Shown here: in pieces, positions 19,264 to 28,599 of the stretch
Numbering within the stretch: position 1 is the first letter of the stretch
How the letters are laid out: the number at the start of each line of letters is the position of its first letter
Assembly: GCA_963664195.1 (NCBI GenBank)
Contig: OY760907.1
Span: 2,048,001 to 2,112,000 of the forward strand
Direction of reading: 5' to 3'
From: an uncultured candidate division Zixibacteria bacterium
GTDB taxonomy: Bacteria; Zixibacteria; MSB-5A5; GN15; FEB-12
DNA length: 64,000 nt
The notes under the pieces: generated by a model
The model's database searches: none
What the model saw: the letters and a program-made list of their open reading frames with translations, nothing else
What the model was told of the DNA's origin: nothing
Made by a program: the position numbers and the translations under genes

Positions 19264-20802
19264 ATGCTCTCAAAAATAGTCTCATCGGCGACGCTGGGTG
19301 TCGATGCCTACACGGTGGAGGTGGAAGCGGATATACAGCAACAGCTTCCGGCGTTTATCACAGTGGGGCTTCCCGATGGTGCCGTGCGGGAATCCAAGGA
19401 ACGGGTCACGGCGGCCATCAAGAACTCCGACTTCGTGTTCCCATCAAAGAAGGTCACCATCAATCTTGCCCCGGCGGATATTAAGAAGGAAGGCTCTGCG
19501 TTTGATTTGCCGATCGCGATTGGCATTCTGGCTGCTACCGGGCAGATCATGCGTGACCAGTTCGATCAATTCGTGCTGTTGGGCGAGCTATCGCTTGATG
19601 GCGCTCTGCGGCCGGTGCCGGGCGTGTTGCCGATGACCATGAACTTTGTGTCGGGCAATCACATCAAGGGCATCTTGGTGCCGCAGGAGAATGCCCGCGA
19701 AGCGGCCATGGCGGGGACGGTGCCCGTCTACCCGGTCAAATCTCTTAAGGATGCAGTGCACTTCCTGGAAGACGAGTCAACCGTCAAGGCGCACGAGATC
19801 GACATACAGTCTGTTTTCGATGAAGCTCGCAAGTATTCGGTAGACTTCTCCGATGTCAAGGGGCAGGAGTCGGCCAAGCGTGCGCTCGAAGTCGCTGCCG
19901 CCGGAGGGCACAATCTGATCATGATTGGTCCTCCCGGATCGGGTAAGACCATGCTGGCCCGTCGAGTACCAACAATTCTTCCGGACATGACGGTCAGGGA
20001 GGCACTTGAGACGACAAAGATTCACTCGGTAGCGGGGAGGCTTCCGGCAGACTCCGCTTTGGTGGCGACACGCCCCTCGCGTTCTCCGCATCACTCCATT
20101 TCGTATGCCGGTCTGGTCGGCGGCGGGGCGATTCCGAAACCGGGAGAAGTGTCGCTGGCTCACAACGGAGTGCTTTTTCTCGACGAGCTGCCGGAGTTCA
20201 AGAAAGACATTCTGGAGATGCTTCGACAGCCTATGGAGGACAACCAGGTGACGATATCAAGAGCTTCGACTACATTAACTTACCCGGCCAGATTCATGCT
20301 TATTGCGGCGATGAACCCCTGTCCGTGCGGGTATCACGGGGATGCCTCGCATGAGTGCAACTGTACCTCGGCTGAGATTCAGCGCTATATGTCTCGTATT
20401 TCCGGCCCGCTCATGGACAGGATCGATATTCATGTGTCGGTGCCGTCGGTGAAGTACAAGGAGCTGTCGTCAGAAACGAGGGGCGAAAGCTCCGAGGTGA
20501 TTCGCAAGCGGATTAATGCCGCGCGACAACGGCAACTTGAGCGGTTCAAAAACGAAGATTCGATATATTCCAACGCCCAGATGGAATCACGAGATACGAG
20601 GAAATTCTGCAAACTCGACGAGAAGTCACAGTCATTGCTGGGTTTAGCGATAAAGCGGCAAGGTCTCTCGGCAAGGGCCTATGACCGAATCCTTAAGGTG
20701 GCACGGACCATTGCCGACCTGGAAGGGGCGGAGGAAATCCAGATGGGGCATATTGCCGAGGCAATACACTACCGGAGTCTGGACCGGCACCTCTGGTTGT
20801 GA
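19264..20802 (+). CDS. comM: YifB/ComM Mg-chelatase-like AAA+ ATPase
   Basis: VGLPDGAVRES, NLAPADIKKEG, GPPGSGKT, LAHNGVLFLDELPEF, AMNPCPCG. Confidence 0.93.
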   Translation: MLSKIVSSATLGVDAYTVEVEADIQQQLPAFITVGLPDGAVRESKERVTAAIKNSDFVFPSKKVTINLAPADIKKEGSAFDLPIAIGILAATGQIMRDQFDQFVLLGELSLDGALRPVPGVLPMTMNFVSGNHIKGILVPQENAREAAMAGTVPVYPVKSLKDAVHFLEDESTVKAHEIDIQSVFDEARKYSVDFSDVKGQESAKRALEVAAAGGHNLIMIGPPGSGKTMLARRVPTILPDMTVREALETTKIHSVAGRLPADSALVATRPSRSPHHSISYAGLVGGGAIPKPGEVSLAHNGVLFLDELPEFKKDILEMLRQPMEDNQVTISRASTTLTYPARFMLIAAMNPCPCGYHGDASHECNCTSAEIQRYMSRISGPLMDRIDIHVSVPSVKYKELSSETRGESSEVIRKRINAARQRQLERFKNEDSIYSNAQMESRDTRKFCKLDEKSQSLLGLAIKRQGLSARAYDRILKVARTIADLEGAEEIQMGHIAEAIHYRSLDRHLWL

Positions 20803-20894
20803 GTGAGATCGGATTCGGCCGACTTACGGGTTGCTTCTGCCGATCATTGTCTTTGATTGACAATTGACACAAATACCGTACCTTGGCCGGAGTT

Positions 20895-22646
20895 ATGGCA
20901 GAGAAGACACAAAGAACACGTACTGAAAAGCTCCTTCTTCAGGCAGGAAGAACGTTCAATTCGACACTGGAGTACGAAGAGCTTATCCAATTGATCCTGA
21001 ATCTGGTGATGACGGCTGTCGATGCCGAAGCCGCTCTGGTGTATCGATTCGACGATACCCGTCGTGATATGCAGATCCGATTCACGAAGAAGCCGGAGTG
21101 TGAACTGCTGTCTGTTCAAAGTCAGGATCGGTCCGGGTTCATCGGCTGGGTGGCCGAGCAGCAGGAACCGGTGATTATCAACGATGCTGCCGAGGATCCT
21201 CGATTGGACGATGATCTGCAGCAGTCGCTTGGGATAGATATCCGGTCCGTGCTGTCGTTGCCTCTGATCGGTCGCGGCCAGGTGGTGGGCGTGGTTGAGG
21301 CCATAAACAAGTGCGGGGGAGAGTTCAGCCAGGAGGATCTGGATATTTTAACCGGGTTGAACAATCAGATCGCGGTAGCAATTGACAACGCCCACCTGTA
21401 TCGAGAGATGAAACGGGAGGCGCTTGAACGGGCGTTGCTCTACGATACGGGGAAGATCCTATCTGAGAAGCTTAAGCTGGACGAAGTCTTAAGGGCGATT
21501 CTGGAGACGCTAAAGAAAGCAGTGAACTATGATGCTGGCGGCGTATTCCTCTGTGACGATGCCGAGGTCGATATCCAGTCGATCTGTTCGGTCGGCTACG
21601 ACCCGGGGACAGATGCCAGCCTGCAGCTCAAGTGCGGTCAGGGGATCATCGGCACGGTGGCAGCTTCCGGCGAACCGGTCATAGTGCCGGACGTCAAGAA
21701 GGACTCGCGGTATGTTGAAGCCAGTCCCTCCACACGAAGTGAGATTGTTGTGCCGATTCTTATCGATGATCGGGTGATCGGTGTCATCAATCTTGAGTCG
21801 GATGAGATCAACGCGTACAACGGCAGAGACATTTCACTCATGTCCGCGTTTGCGTCACAGGCGGCTATCTCGCTTGAGCGGGCCAAACTCCACGAGAGCC
21901 TCCTCGCGGCGAAGAAGCTTGAGGAGCAGGTTAATATCGCTCGCGAAATTCAGCGCATGTTCCTTCCGGATGAAAATCCTGCAGTCGAGGGGTACCAGAT
22001 CGCCGGACGCAATGTTCCTTCAGGGCAGGTAGGCGGTGATTACTACGACTTCATCAAGATTGTTGATCAGCGGTTGGGGATTCCTGTCGCCGATGTTTCG
22101 GGTAAAGGGATGCCGGCGGCGTTGATTATGGCCTCGCTGCGAGCGTCGCTCATTGCCGAAATACGGAACAATTATACGATCCGGACAATCGCTGAGAAAG
22201 TTAACTCGCTGCTGTGTGAATCGTTGGAGCCGGGGAATTTCGTTACCGGTATCTACTGTGTACTCGACAGCAAACACCACATGATGACGTATTCCAATTT
22301 CGGACATAACCCGCCGTTGCTACTGCAGGAAGACGGTGTTTTTCAACAATTGACAGAGGGCGGCCCGGTGCTTGGCGTGTCAAAGGGCGTGACGTTCGAC
22401 GAGGGCGCAATTGCGTTCCGTCGCGGTGAAGTGCTGGTGATGTACACAGACGGTGTTACCGAGGTGTTCAATAATGAGGGGGTCGAATTCGGCGCGAAGG
22501 GGTTAATGGAAGTAATTCGCAAGAATAGAGACAAGTCTGCTGTTGAGATTGCGGACGCTATCTATGCCGCTACCAAGAGTTTTGCTCCGCAAACGCACGT
22601 ATACGATGATATCACTATGGTTGTGGTGAAACGCCTGCGCGACTAA
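20895..22646 (+). CDS. Two-GAF plus SpoIIE/PP2C phosphatase (RsbU-like)
   Basis: Two GAF domains; VGGDYYD, ADVSGKGMPAAL, YTDGVTE, DDIT. Start 20895 (after GGAG) or 20883. Confidence 0.9.
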   Translation: MAEKTQRTRTEKLLLQAGRTFNSTLEYEELIQLILNLVMTAVDAEAALVYRFDDTRRDMQIRFTKKPECELLSVQSQDRSGFIGWVAEQQEPVIINDAAEDPRLDDDLQQSLGIDIRSVLSLPLIGRGQVVGVVEAINKCGGEFSQEDLDILTGLNNQIAVAIDNAHLYREMKREALERALLYDTGKILSEKLKLDEVLRAILETLKKAVNYDAGGVFLCDDAEVDIQSICSVGYDPGTDASLQLKCGQGIIGTVAASGEPVIVPDVKKDSRYVEASPSTRSEIVVPILIDDRVIGVINLESDEINAYNGRDISLMSAFASQAAISLERAKLHESLLAAKKLEEQVNIAREIQRMFLPDENPAVEGYQIAGRNVPSGQVGGDYYDFIKIVDQRLGIPVADVSGKGMPAALIMASLRASLIAEIRNNYTIRTIAEKVNSLLCESLEPGNFVTGIYCVLDSKHHMMTYSNFGHNPPLLLQEDGVFQQLTEGGPVLGVSKGVTFDEGAIAFRRGEVLVMYTDGVTEVFNNEGVEFGAKGLMEVIRKNRDKSAVEIADAIYAATKSFAPQTHVYDDITMVVVKRLRD

Positions 22647-22724
22647 TTCTGCTTTCCTGTCATCATATTCTTTGTTATATTGGGTTAGTGACTCAAGAAT
22701 AACGTTCAGGGAGAGAAATTCCTC

Positions 22725-23714
22725 ATGAAGAAGCTTCTCATTTTCAGTCTTCTGTTTACATCCTTATTCCTTTTCGGTTGTGGTGGTGACGACGACGGTG
22801 ACGGCCCGGTCGATCCACCGGCGACGTTGCAGATAACGGCCGCGACGGCTGCCACGGCACCGACCACGGTTGACGATGCCGTGTGGGGAACTATTGCGGC
22901 AAAAGCTGTTCCGACGACCTCAATCAACTTCAGCAAACTTACGCCGACCTCGCCTGCAGCGGTGGCCAACAGTGTTTCTGTGAAGGCTGCGGTGCACTCG
23001 GATCGTCTGTATATGCGGTTTGAATGGGCGGATGCGACTCAGAGTGTGTGGCGTGAATCTTATCGAGTTACCGGCCGTGACGCTGTGCAAGACTGGATTG
23101 AGCTTCTGCACAACAGCACGCTTACCCATGACGAAGACCGTCTGATGGTCATGTTTCAGAATGCCGCTCAGGGCAGTTGGGATACATGGCAATGGCGTGC
23201 TCTGACCACCGACGGCGCAGGTCTGGCTGAAGGTGCGAAGATAACCGGCTCTACCTACACTGAGGATGCTACCGGTCTTGCCGGGGGAACCGATGTTGCG
23301 ACTCCGAACGAGAACGGCTCGCAGCCGATGTACATTCACAACACTCTTGACCAGTTCACCGGCCATCTGCTGCTCGAAGATGAGACGGTCGTTTTTGTGG
23401 CGGCGACGCATTCGCCACTTTCCGGATGGGAAGTTGACCAGCAGATTCCCGGTTACGTTATTGATGCAAGCGTTGCCCAGAATTCGCAGCGCGGCAGCAA
23501 GTGGGATATCACGGCCGCTTCGGACTATACGGGTGGAGTATGGTCGGTGGTTCTGAGCTGTGACTTGAACACCACCTCGACTGATGATCTGGATTTGAGC
23601 AGTCTCAGTCAGGTCAATATACGTGTGGCTGTCACCAACAACGAAGCATTCAGCTACTCGACCGGCAGCACGAACCAGGGTTTCTCTGCCTCGGTACCGC
23701 TGATTCTTCCGTAG
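22725..23714 (+). CDS. Lipoprotein with ethylbenzene-dehydrogenase-gamma-like (EB_dh/DOMON-like) domain
   Basis: Lipobox LFGC; LYMRFEWAD, EDRLMVMF, DTWQWRA, GVWSVV..CDLNT motifs. Confidence 0.6.
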   Translation: MKKLLIFSLLFTSLFLFGCGGDDDGDGPVDPPATLQITAATAATAPTTVDDAVWGTIAAKAVPTTSINFSKLTPTSPAAVANSVSVKAAVHSDRLYMRFEWADATQSVWRESYRVTGRDAVQDWIELLHNSTLTHDEDRLMVMFQNAAQGSWDTWQWRALTTDGAGLAEGAKITGSTYTEDATGLAGGTDVATPNENGSQPMYIHNTLDQFTGHLLLEDETVVFVAATHSPLSGWEVDQQIPGYVIDASVAQNSQRGSKWDITAASDYTGGVWSVVLSCDLNTTSTDDLDLSSLSQVNIRVAVTNNEAFSYSTGSTNQGFSASVPLILP

Positions 23715-23735
23715 GGAAGGCCATCATATCGGTTG

Positions 23736-23764
23736 AAAAAGCCCGCCGAGAAGGCGGGCTTTTT
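23736..23764 (+). terminator. Intrinsic terminator
   Basis: AAAAAGCCCGCC-gagaa-GGCGGGCTTTTT. Confidence 0.88.
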
Positions 23765-23863
23765 GTTTTGGTCATTAGTCAAAGTATCGTGTTTCATTTG
23801 TTGTCGGTCCAAAGAGTTCGTATACTGTGTTTTCACAAACAGTCACCCTTCTGGAGGTGCCCG

Positions 23864-25324
23864 ATGGCAATCAAATCATACCAGGAATATCTGGATTCGC
23901 TCAAAGCGATGCGTCCGAATATCCACAAATTCGACGAACTCATTGAAGATGTTACTACTCACCCGGCGACTAAACGTACTGTCGAGGGACACGGTTGGAC
24001 CTACAAGGCTGCTGCCGACGAGGAGCTTCGCGAGAAGGTTACCACAACCTCGCACCTGACCGGAAAGCCGATCAGTCGGTATCTTAGTATCATTCGGGAA
24101 CCGGAAGACATGTATGCCAACTCGGACATGAAGCGCCTGATGTTCCACCTCACCGGTACCTGCACCGGCGGACGCTGCGCCGGCTGGACAGCGCTCAACG
24201 CCATGTTCTCTACTACCTGGGAGATGGACAGGGACCTCGGTACGGACTATCACGCCCGGCTGTTGACGTGGCTCGAAGATGCCCAGGCACGCGATATTTG
24301 TATCTCCGGTGCGCTCACAGATCCGAAAGGTGACCGTACGTTGCCGCCCTCAAAGCAGGAAGACCCGGACATGTTCCTGCACGTGGTCGAGAAGCGTGAC
24401 GACGGCATTATCGTTCGCGGCGCCAAGGTGATGATCTGCGGTGTGGCGGCCGCCAACGAAATATTCGTTCTTCCGGGATCAGCCTACAAAGAGGCGGACG
24501 CCGACTACGCACTGTCATTTGTTATTCCCAAGGATATCGAGGGGCTGACGATTGTCGAGACCCGTCATCCGAGTGATGGCCGCGATCTGGAGGAAGGCTA
24601 CGATAACCCGGTCATGGAGGGCGGTATCACGCAGGCCTTCCTGTTCTTTGAGGATGTTTTTGTGCCGAAGGAACGGGTGTTCATGCTTGGCGAGACCAAG
24701 TACACGCTCAAGGCCGTATCGAACTTCATCATGCCTTACCGTTCGGCAATTGGCGGTTGTGTGGCCGGTCAGGGGGATATTAAGATAGGATCTGCCATTC
24801 TGACGGCTCGTACCAACGGTTTGGCCGACAAAGTCTTCCGCGACAAAGTCACCAAGATGCACATCAACAACGAGACTACGTATGCCGTTGGTATTGCGGC
24901 CGCAGCCCGGGGGAAGAAACACCCGTCAGGTGCCTGGGTTTGTGATCCGCTTCTCGCGAACGTAAACAAAGTCCATGTGGCGACTCTGCCGTACGATACG
25001 TCGGTGCTGGCTCAGGATATTGCCGGTGGTATCGCTGAAACGGGCTGTATGCCGTCGTACAAGGATTTTAAGTCCAAGAAATACGGACACTTGATCGAGA
25101 AGTACATGAAAGCCCGTCATTCGGCTGATTCTCGTTCGCGTGCGGCTCGACTGGTGGAATGGGTGACAATTGGGGGTGGTGTCCCCGGCTGCATGCACGG
25201 AGGCGGATCGCCTGACGGTGCCAAGCTGGTTATTTCGGCGATGGGTGGTCTTGAGGGCAAGGTTCAGATAGCGAAACGTTTGTCCGGCGTTGCAGAAGAG
25301 ATACCGGATCCGGGCAAGAAATAG
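23864..25324 (+). CDS. 4-hydroxybutyryl-CoA dehydratase (AbfD)/HpaB-family flavoprotein, divergent
   Basis: Start after GGAGG; EYLDSLK, GALTDPKGDR, DGIIVRGAK, FEDVFVPKERVF, MHGGGSP. Confidence 0.8.
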   Translation: MAIKSYQEYLDSLKAMRPNIHKFDELIEDVTTHPATKRTVEGHGWTYKAAADEELREKVTTTSHLTGKPISRYLSIIREPEDMYANSDMKRLMFHLTGTCTGGRCAGWTALNAMFSTTWEMDRDLGTDYHARLLTWLEDAQARDICISGALTDPKGDRTLPPSKQEDPDMFLHVVEKRDDGIIVRGAKVMICGVAAANEIFVLPGSAYKEADADYALSFVIPKDIEGLTIVETRHPSDGRDLEEGYDNPVMEGGITQAFLFFEDVFVPKERVFMLGETKYTLKAVSNFIMPYRSAIGGCVAGQGDIKIGSAILTARTNGLADKVFRDKVTKMHINNETTYAVGIAAAARGKKHPSGAWVCDPLLANVNKVHVATLPYDTSVLAQDIAGGIAETGCMPSYKDFKSKKYGHLIEKYMKARHSADSRSRAARLVEWVTIGGGVPGCMHGGGSPDGAKLVISAMGGLEGKVQIAKRLSGVAEEIPDPGKK

Positions 25325-25360
25325 GTTGAGTCTCAATCGTTTGTCTTGAATTGTCAATAT

Positions 25361-25393
25361 GCGGGATTGGCCGTGAGACCAATCCCGCACTTT
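25361..25393 (+). terminator. Probable intrinsic terminator
   Basis: GCGGGATTGG-ccgtgaga-CCAATCCCGC-ACTTT. Confidence 0.65.
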
Positions 25394-25476
25394 CGTATCA
25401 ATTACACCCCAGAAACGGCCGATAATTGGTAATAAGCTAGGAAACGATTAACGGGGCTCAATCGATGAATTCGGTC

Positions 25477-25505
25477 TTGACGCTGCGATGGTTTTTGCAT
25501 ACCAT
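25477..25505 (+). promoter_or_regulatory. Sigma70-type promoter of the tRNA pair
   Basis: TTGACG-17 nt-TACCAT, 18 nt before the first tRNA. Confidence 0.6.
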
Positions 25506-25523
25506 ACAGGTTCTACTTTTTTT

Positions 25524-25597
25524 GGGCCCTTAGCTCAGTTGGTTAGAGCAGCTGACTCATAATCAGCGGGTCGTAGGTTCGAGTCCTACAGGGCCCA
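25524..25597 (+). tRNA. tRNA-Ile2(CAT) (lysidine type); elongator Met not fully excluded
   Basis: GGGCCCTTAGCTCAGTTGGTTAGAGC..CT CAT AA..GGTTCGAGTCCTACAGGGCCCA; acceptor stem resembles Ile2; CCA not encoded. Confidence 0.9.
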
Positions 25598-25618
25598 TGG
25601 AAATGAAGTTTTGGTTAT

Positions 25619-25692
25619 GGGCAATTAGCTCAGTTGGTTAGAGCGTTCGGTTCACATCCGAGAGGTCACTGGTTCAAATCCAGTATTGCCCA
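25619..25692 (+). tRNA. tRNA-Val(CAC)
   Basis: GGGCAATTAGCTCAGTTGGTTAGAGC..TT CAC AT..GGTTCAAATCCAGTATTGCCCA; CCA not encoded. Confidence 0.95.
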
Positions 25693-25791
25693 TATAGTAA
25701 GGACATGATTGTTACGAACAGAAAAGTACTCAATTCGGCGGTCGTTTTTCCTCGAACAAATGCGAAAAACGACAGCACCAAAGACGCTATC

Positions 25792-25833
25792 AAAGCGCGT
25801 GTCCCCGAATACCAAGGGAACCGCGCTTTTTTT
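25792..25833 (+). terminator. Terminator after the tRNAs
   Basis: AAAGCGCG...CGCGCTTTTTTT imperfect hairpin. Confidence 0.65.
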
Positions 25834-25865
25834 GTCATGAGTTTTCAGGCTAAGGAGGCAGGACA

Positions 25866-26582
25866 GTGAACAACAGTCTCGAGTTGCTGCTAAGACTACA
25901 GGTGATTGACTATGATCTTGGCGAATTAGAGCGGTCCAAAGATTATCTGCCGGACATGATGGAGAACCTCAATCGGGAGATTGAGGAAACAAAGGCCAAG
26001 CGGGCTGACGCCGCAGAGCGTCTTGAGAAGGCAAATATCGAACACAAGAGTCTGGAACTGGATCTGAAGTCCAAAGAAGCGGAGCTTCAGAAATATCAGC
26101 AACAGATGATGTCGATCAAGACGAACAAAGAGTACGACGCTCTGGTGGCCGAGATTGACCAGCTGAAAGGGCAGATCAGCGATCACGAGAATCAACTTCT
26201 GGCAACAATGGAATTGATCGAGACACTCGAAAAGGACATCGTCGCCTATCAGGAGAAAGAGGAGCAGGTCCTTGGCAACAACGAAAAGCAGTTGCAGGTC
26301 TTGCAGGAAAAGATCGATTCAATCGGTGCCAAAGTCGGCGACAAACAGGCCAATCGCGAGGAAGTGATTTCTTCGATTCCCAAGCCCACTCTCTCGGTCT
26401 ACGAGCGCATTCGCCGCGGGCGTGGTGGTCGCGCGATTGTGGTAGTCAAGAAGCGGGCTTGCAGTTCGTGCTTCAAGGCCTTGACGCCGAAGAAGGTGCA
26501 GGAAATCCGCCGTGGCGAAAAAGTAAACACCTGCGACTACTGCGGTTGTCTGCTCTATTGGGACGAGGATATTTCAAAGTAG
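25866..26582 (+). CDS. Coiled-coil protein with C4 zinc ribbon (DUF164 family)
   Basis: Long coiled coil, KTNKEYDAL, YERIR, CSSC...CDYC. Confidence 0.9.
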   Translation: MNNSLELLLRLQVIDYDLGELERSKDYLPDMMENLNREIEETKAKRADAAERLEKANIEHKSLELDLKSKEAELQKYQQQMMSIKTNKEYDALVAEIDQLKGQISDHENQLLATMELIETLEKDIVAYQEKEEQVLGNNEKQLQVLQEKIDSIGAKVGDKQANREEVISSIPKPTLSVYERIRRGRGGRAIVVVKKRACSSCFKALTPKKVQEIRRGEKVNTCDYCGCLLYWDEDISK

Positions 26583-26675
26583 CGCCGCGAACGGCCCGGC
26601 CCGTTCGGGCGATTGAGGGGGTAGGATTATCCTGCTCCGGGTGAACTGAAGACATAAACTGGATGACGGAACGAA

Positions 26676-28139
26676 ATGGCTAAGATTCTTGAGCAACAAG
26701 GGCTGACTTTTGATGATATCCTCCTGGTGCCCGCCTATTCTAACGTGTTGCCCCGCGATGTGGATATCACAACCACAATAGCTCCCGGTATCGAATTACA
26801 GATTCCGCTGCTTTCGGCGGCGATGGATACGGTCACTGAGGCTGCGTTGGCGATTGCGCTTGCCAGGCAGGGTGGAATCGGCGTTGTGCATAAGAATCTC
26901 TCGGTTCGCCGTCAGGCCGCCGAGGTTGACAAGGTCAAACGTTCTGAGTCGGGGATGATTGTCGACCCGATCACTCTTCCGCCGGACAGGACCATCGGTG
27001 ATGCCCTCACGGTGATGCAGCGTTTCTCCATTTCGGGCATTCCGATCACCAACGGCGAGAAGCTTGTGGGTATTCTCACCAATCGTGATCTACGCTTCCA
27101 TAAAGATACCAGTCTCCCGATCTCCGAAGCAATGACCTGTCGGAATCTGGTGACTGTGCCGGAAGGGACCGGTCCGGACGACTGCAAGGAGATCCTGCAC
27201 AAGCACCGCATTGAGAAGGTGCTGGTGGTCGACGATGATTTCCACTTGAAGGGAATGATCACGGTCAAAGACATCATGAAGAAAATCCAGTATCCGCATT
27301 CGGCAAAAGACAGCCGTGGACGGCTGAGATGTGCTGCCGCGGTTGGTGTCGGAGCCGATCTGGAGGCCCGTGTTGAGGCTCTTGTTGATGCCGGAGTTGA
27401 CCTGTTGGTCGTGGATAGTTCTCACGGTCACAGTGAGGGTATTCTGAGTGCGGTGAGAAAAATCAAGAGCAAGTATTCGGTGCCGGTTCTGGCCGGAAAC
27501 GTGGCCACAGCCGCGGGCACCAGGGCACTTATCGATGCCGGAGCGGACAGCGTGAAAATCGGCATCGGCCCGGGATCGATTTGTACGACCCGTATAGTCA
27601 CCGGTGCCGGTATGCCGCAGGTGACGGCAATCGTGAATGCAGTCGAGGCGGCACAGAAGACCGGGACGCCGATTATCGCTGATGGCGGCATTCGATACTC
27701 AGGTGACATAGTAAAATCTTTGGCCTGTGGTTCGCAGGCCGTTATGATCGGCTCACTGTTGGCCGGTGTTGAGGAATCCCCCGGGGAGACTCTTCTCATG
27801 GAGGGGCGTTCCTTTAAGGTGTACCGTGGTATGGGTTCAGTGAGCGCCATGAAAGAAGGTGCGGCCGATCGGTACTTCCAGGAACAGAATGTTGAGGCTT
27901 CCAAGTTCGTTCCTGAAGGGGTTGAGGGGCGGGTGCCCTTCAAGGGGAAGCTTGAGGATTTGGTGTATCAGTTGGTTGGCGGCATCAGGGCCGGTATGGG
28001 GCTGTGCGGCGCATCGAATCTCAAGGCCTTGTATGAAGACTCGGAGTTTGTGCGAATCAGTCCGGCGGGGCTGAACGAATCGCATCCGCATTCGGTGCCG
28101 ATCAGCAAAGAACCTCCGAATTACCGTCGCTTGATGTAG
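26676..28139 (+). CDS. guaB: IMP dehydrogenase
   Basis: [22 protein letters not shown] pair, [17 protein letters not shown]. Confidence 0.98.
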   Translation: MAKILEQQGLTFDDILLVPAYSNVLPRDVDITTTIAPGIELQIPLLSAAMDTVTEAALAIALARQGGIGVVHKNLSVRRQAAEVDKVKRSESGMIVDPITLPPDRTIGDALTVMQRFSISGIPITNGEKLVGILTNRDLRFHKDTSLPISEAMTCRNLVTVPEGTGPDDCKEILHKHRIEKVLVVDDDFHLKGMITVKDIMKKIQYPHSAKDSRGRLRCAAAVGVGADLEARVEALVDAGVDLLVVDSSHGHSEGILSAVRKIKSKYSVPVLAGNVATAAGTRALIDAGADSVKIGIGPGSICTTRIVTGAGMPQVTAIVNAVEAAQKTGTPIIADGGIRYSGDIVKSLACGSQAVMIGSLLAGVEESPGETLLMEGRSFKVYRGMGSVSAMKEGAADRYFQEQNVEASKFVPEGVEGRVPFKGKLEDLVYQLVGGIRAGMGLCGASNLKALYEDSEFVRISPAGLNESHPHSVPISKEPPNYRRLM

Positions 28140-28188
28140 GCGTCGGTGCCCTAATACTGTAGACGATAGTTGTTTTATAGATTAACGC

Positions 28189-28581
28189 GAGTCAGCGAAA
28201 GCAGGAGGAACAGTCGCGCTTTAAATCTGATTTAAAGTGAGGAAAGTCCGAGCTCCACAGAATCGAGGCGCCCGGTAACGCCGGGGCGGAGTGATCCGAC
28301 GGAAAGTGCCGCAGAAACTATACCGCCTTCGGGGAAGGAAACTTAACCGGGGGTAAGGGTGAAAACGTGGTGTAAGAGACCACGGTCACGCCCAGCAATG
28401 GGTGTGGCGGGTAAACCCCGCCTGGAGCAAGGCCAAATAGAGGAAGAGGGATTGGTTCGTCCCGTTATCATTCCTGGGTAGGCTGCTTGAGCGGTCGGGT
28501 AACCGGCCGCCCAGATAAATGACTGTTGGTTTGCCTCGGCGAATTTACAGAACTCGGCTTATGGCCTGCTTTCTCTGACTC
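28189..28581 (+). ncRNA. rnpB: RNase P RNA
   Basis: P1 GAGTCAG.GAAAGCAGG / CCTGCTTTC.CTGACTC; GAGGAAAGTCCGAGCTCC, GGAAAGTGCC, GAGCAAGGCCAAAT, ACAGAACTCGGCTTAT. Confidence 0.97.
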
Positions 28582-28599
28582 ATAAATGCTGGAGGCATT

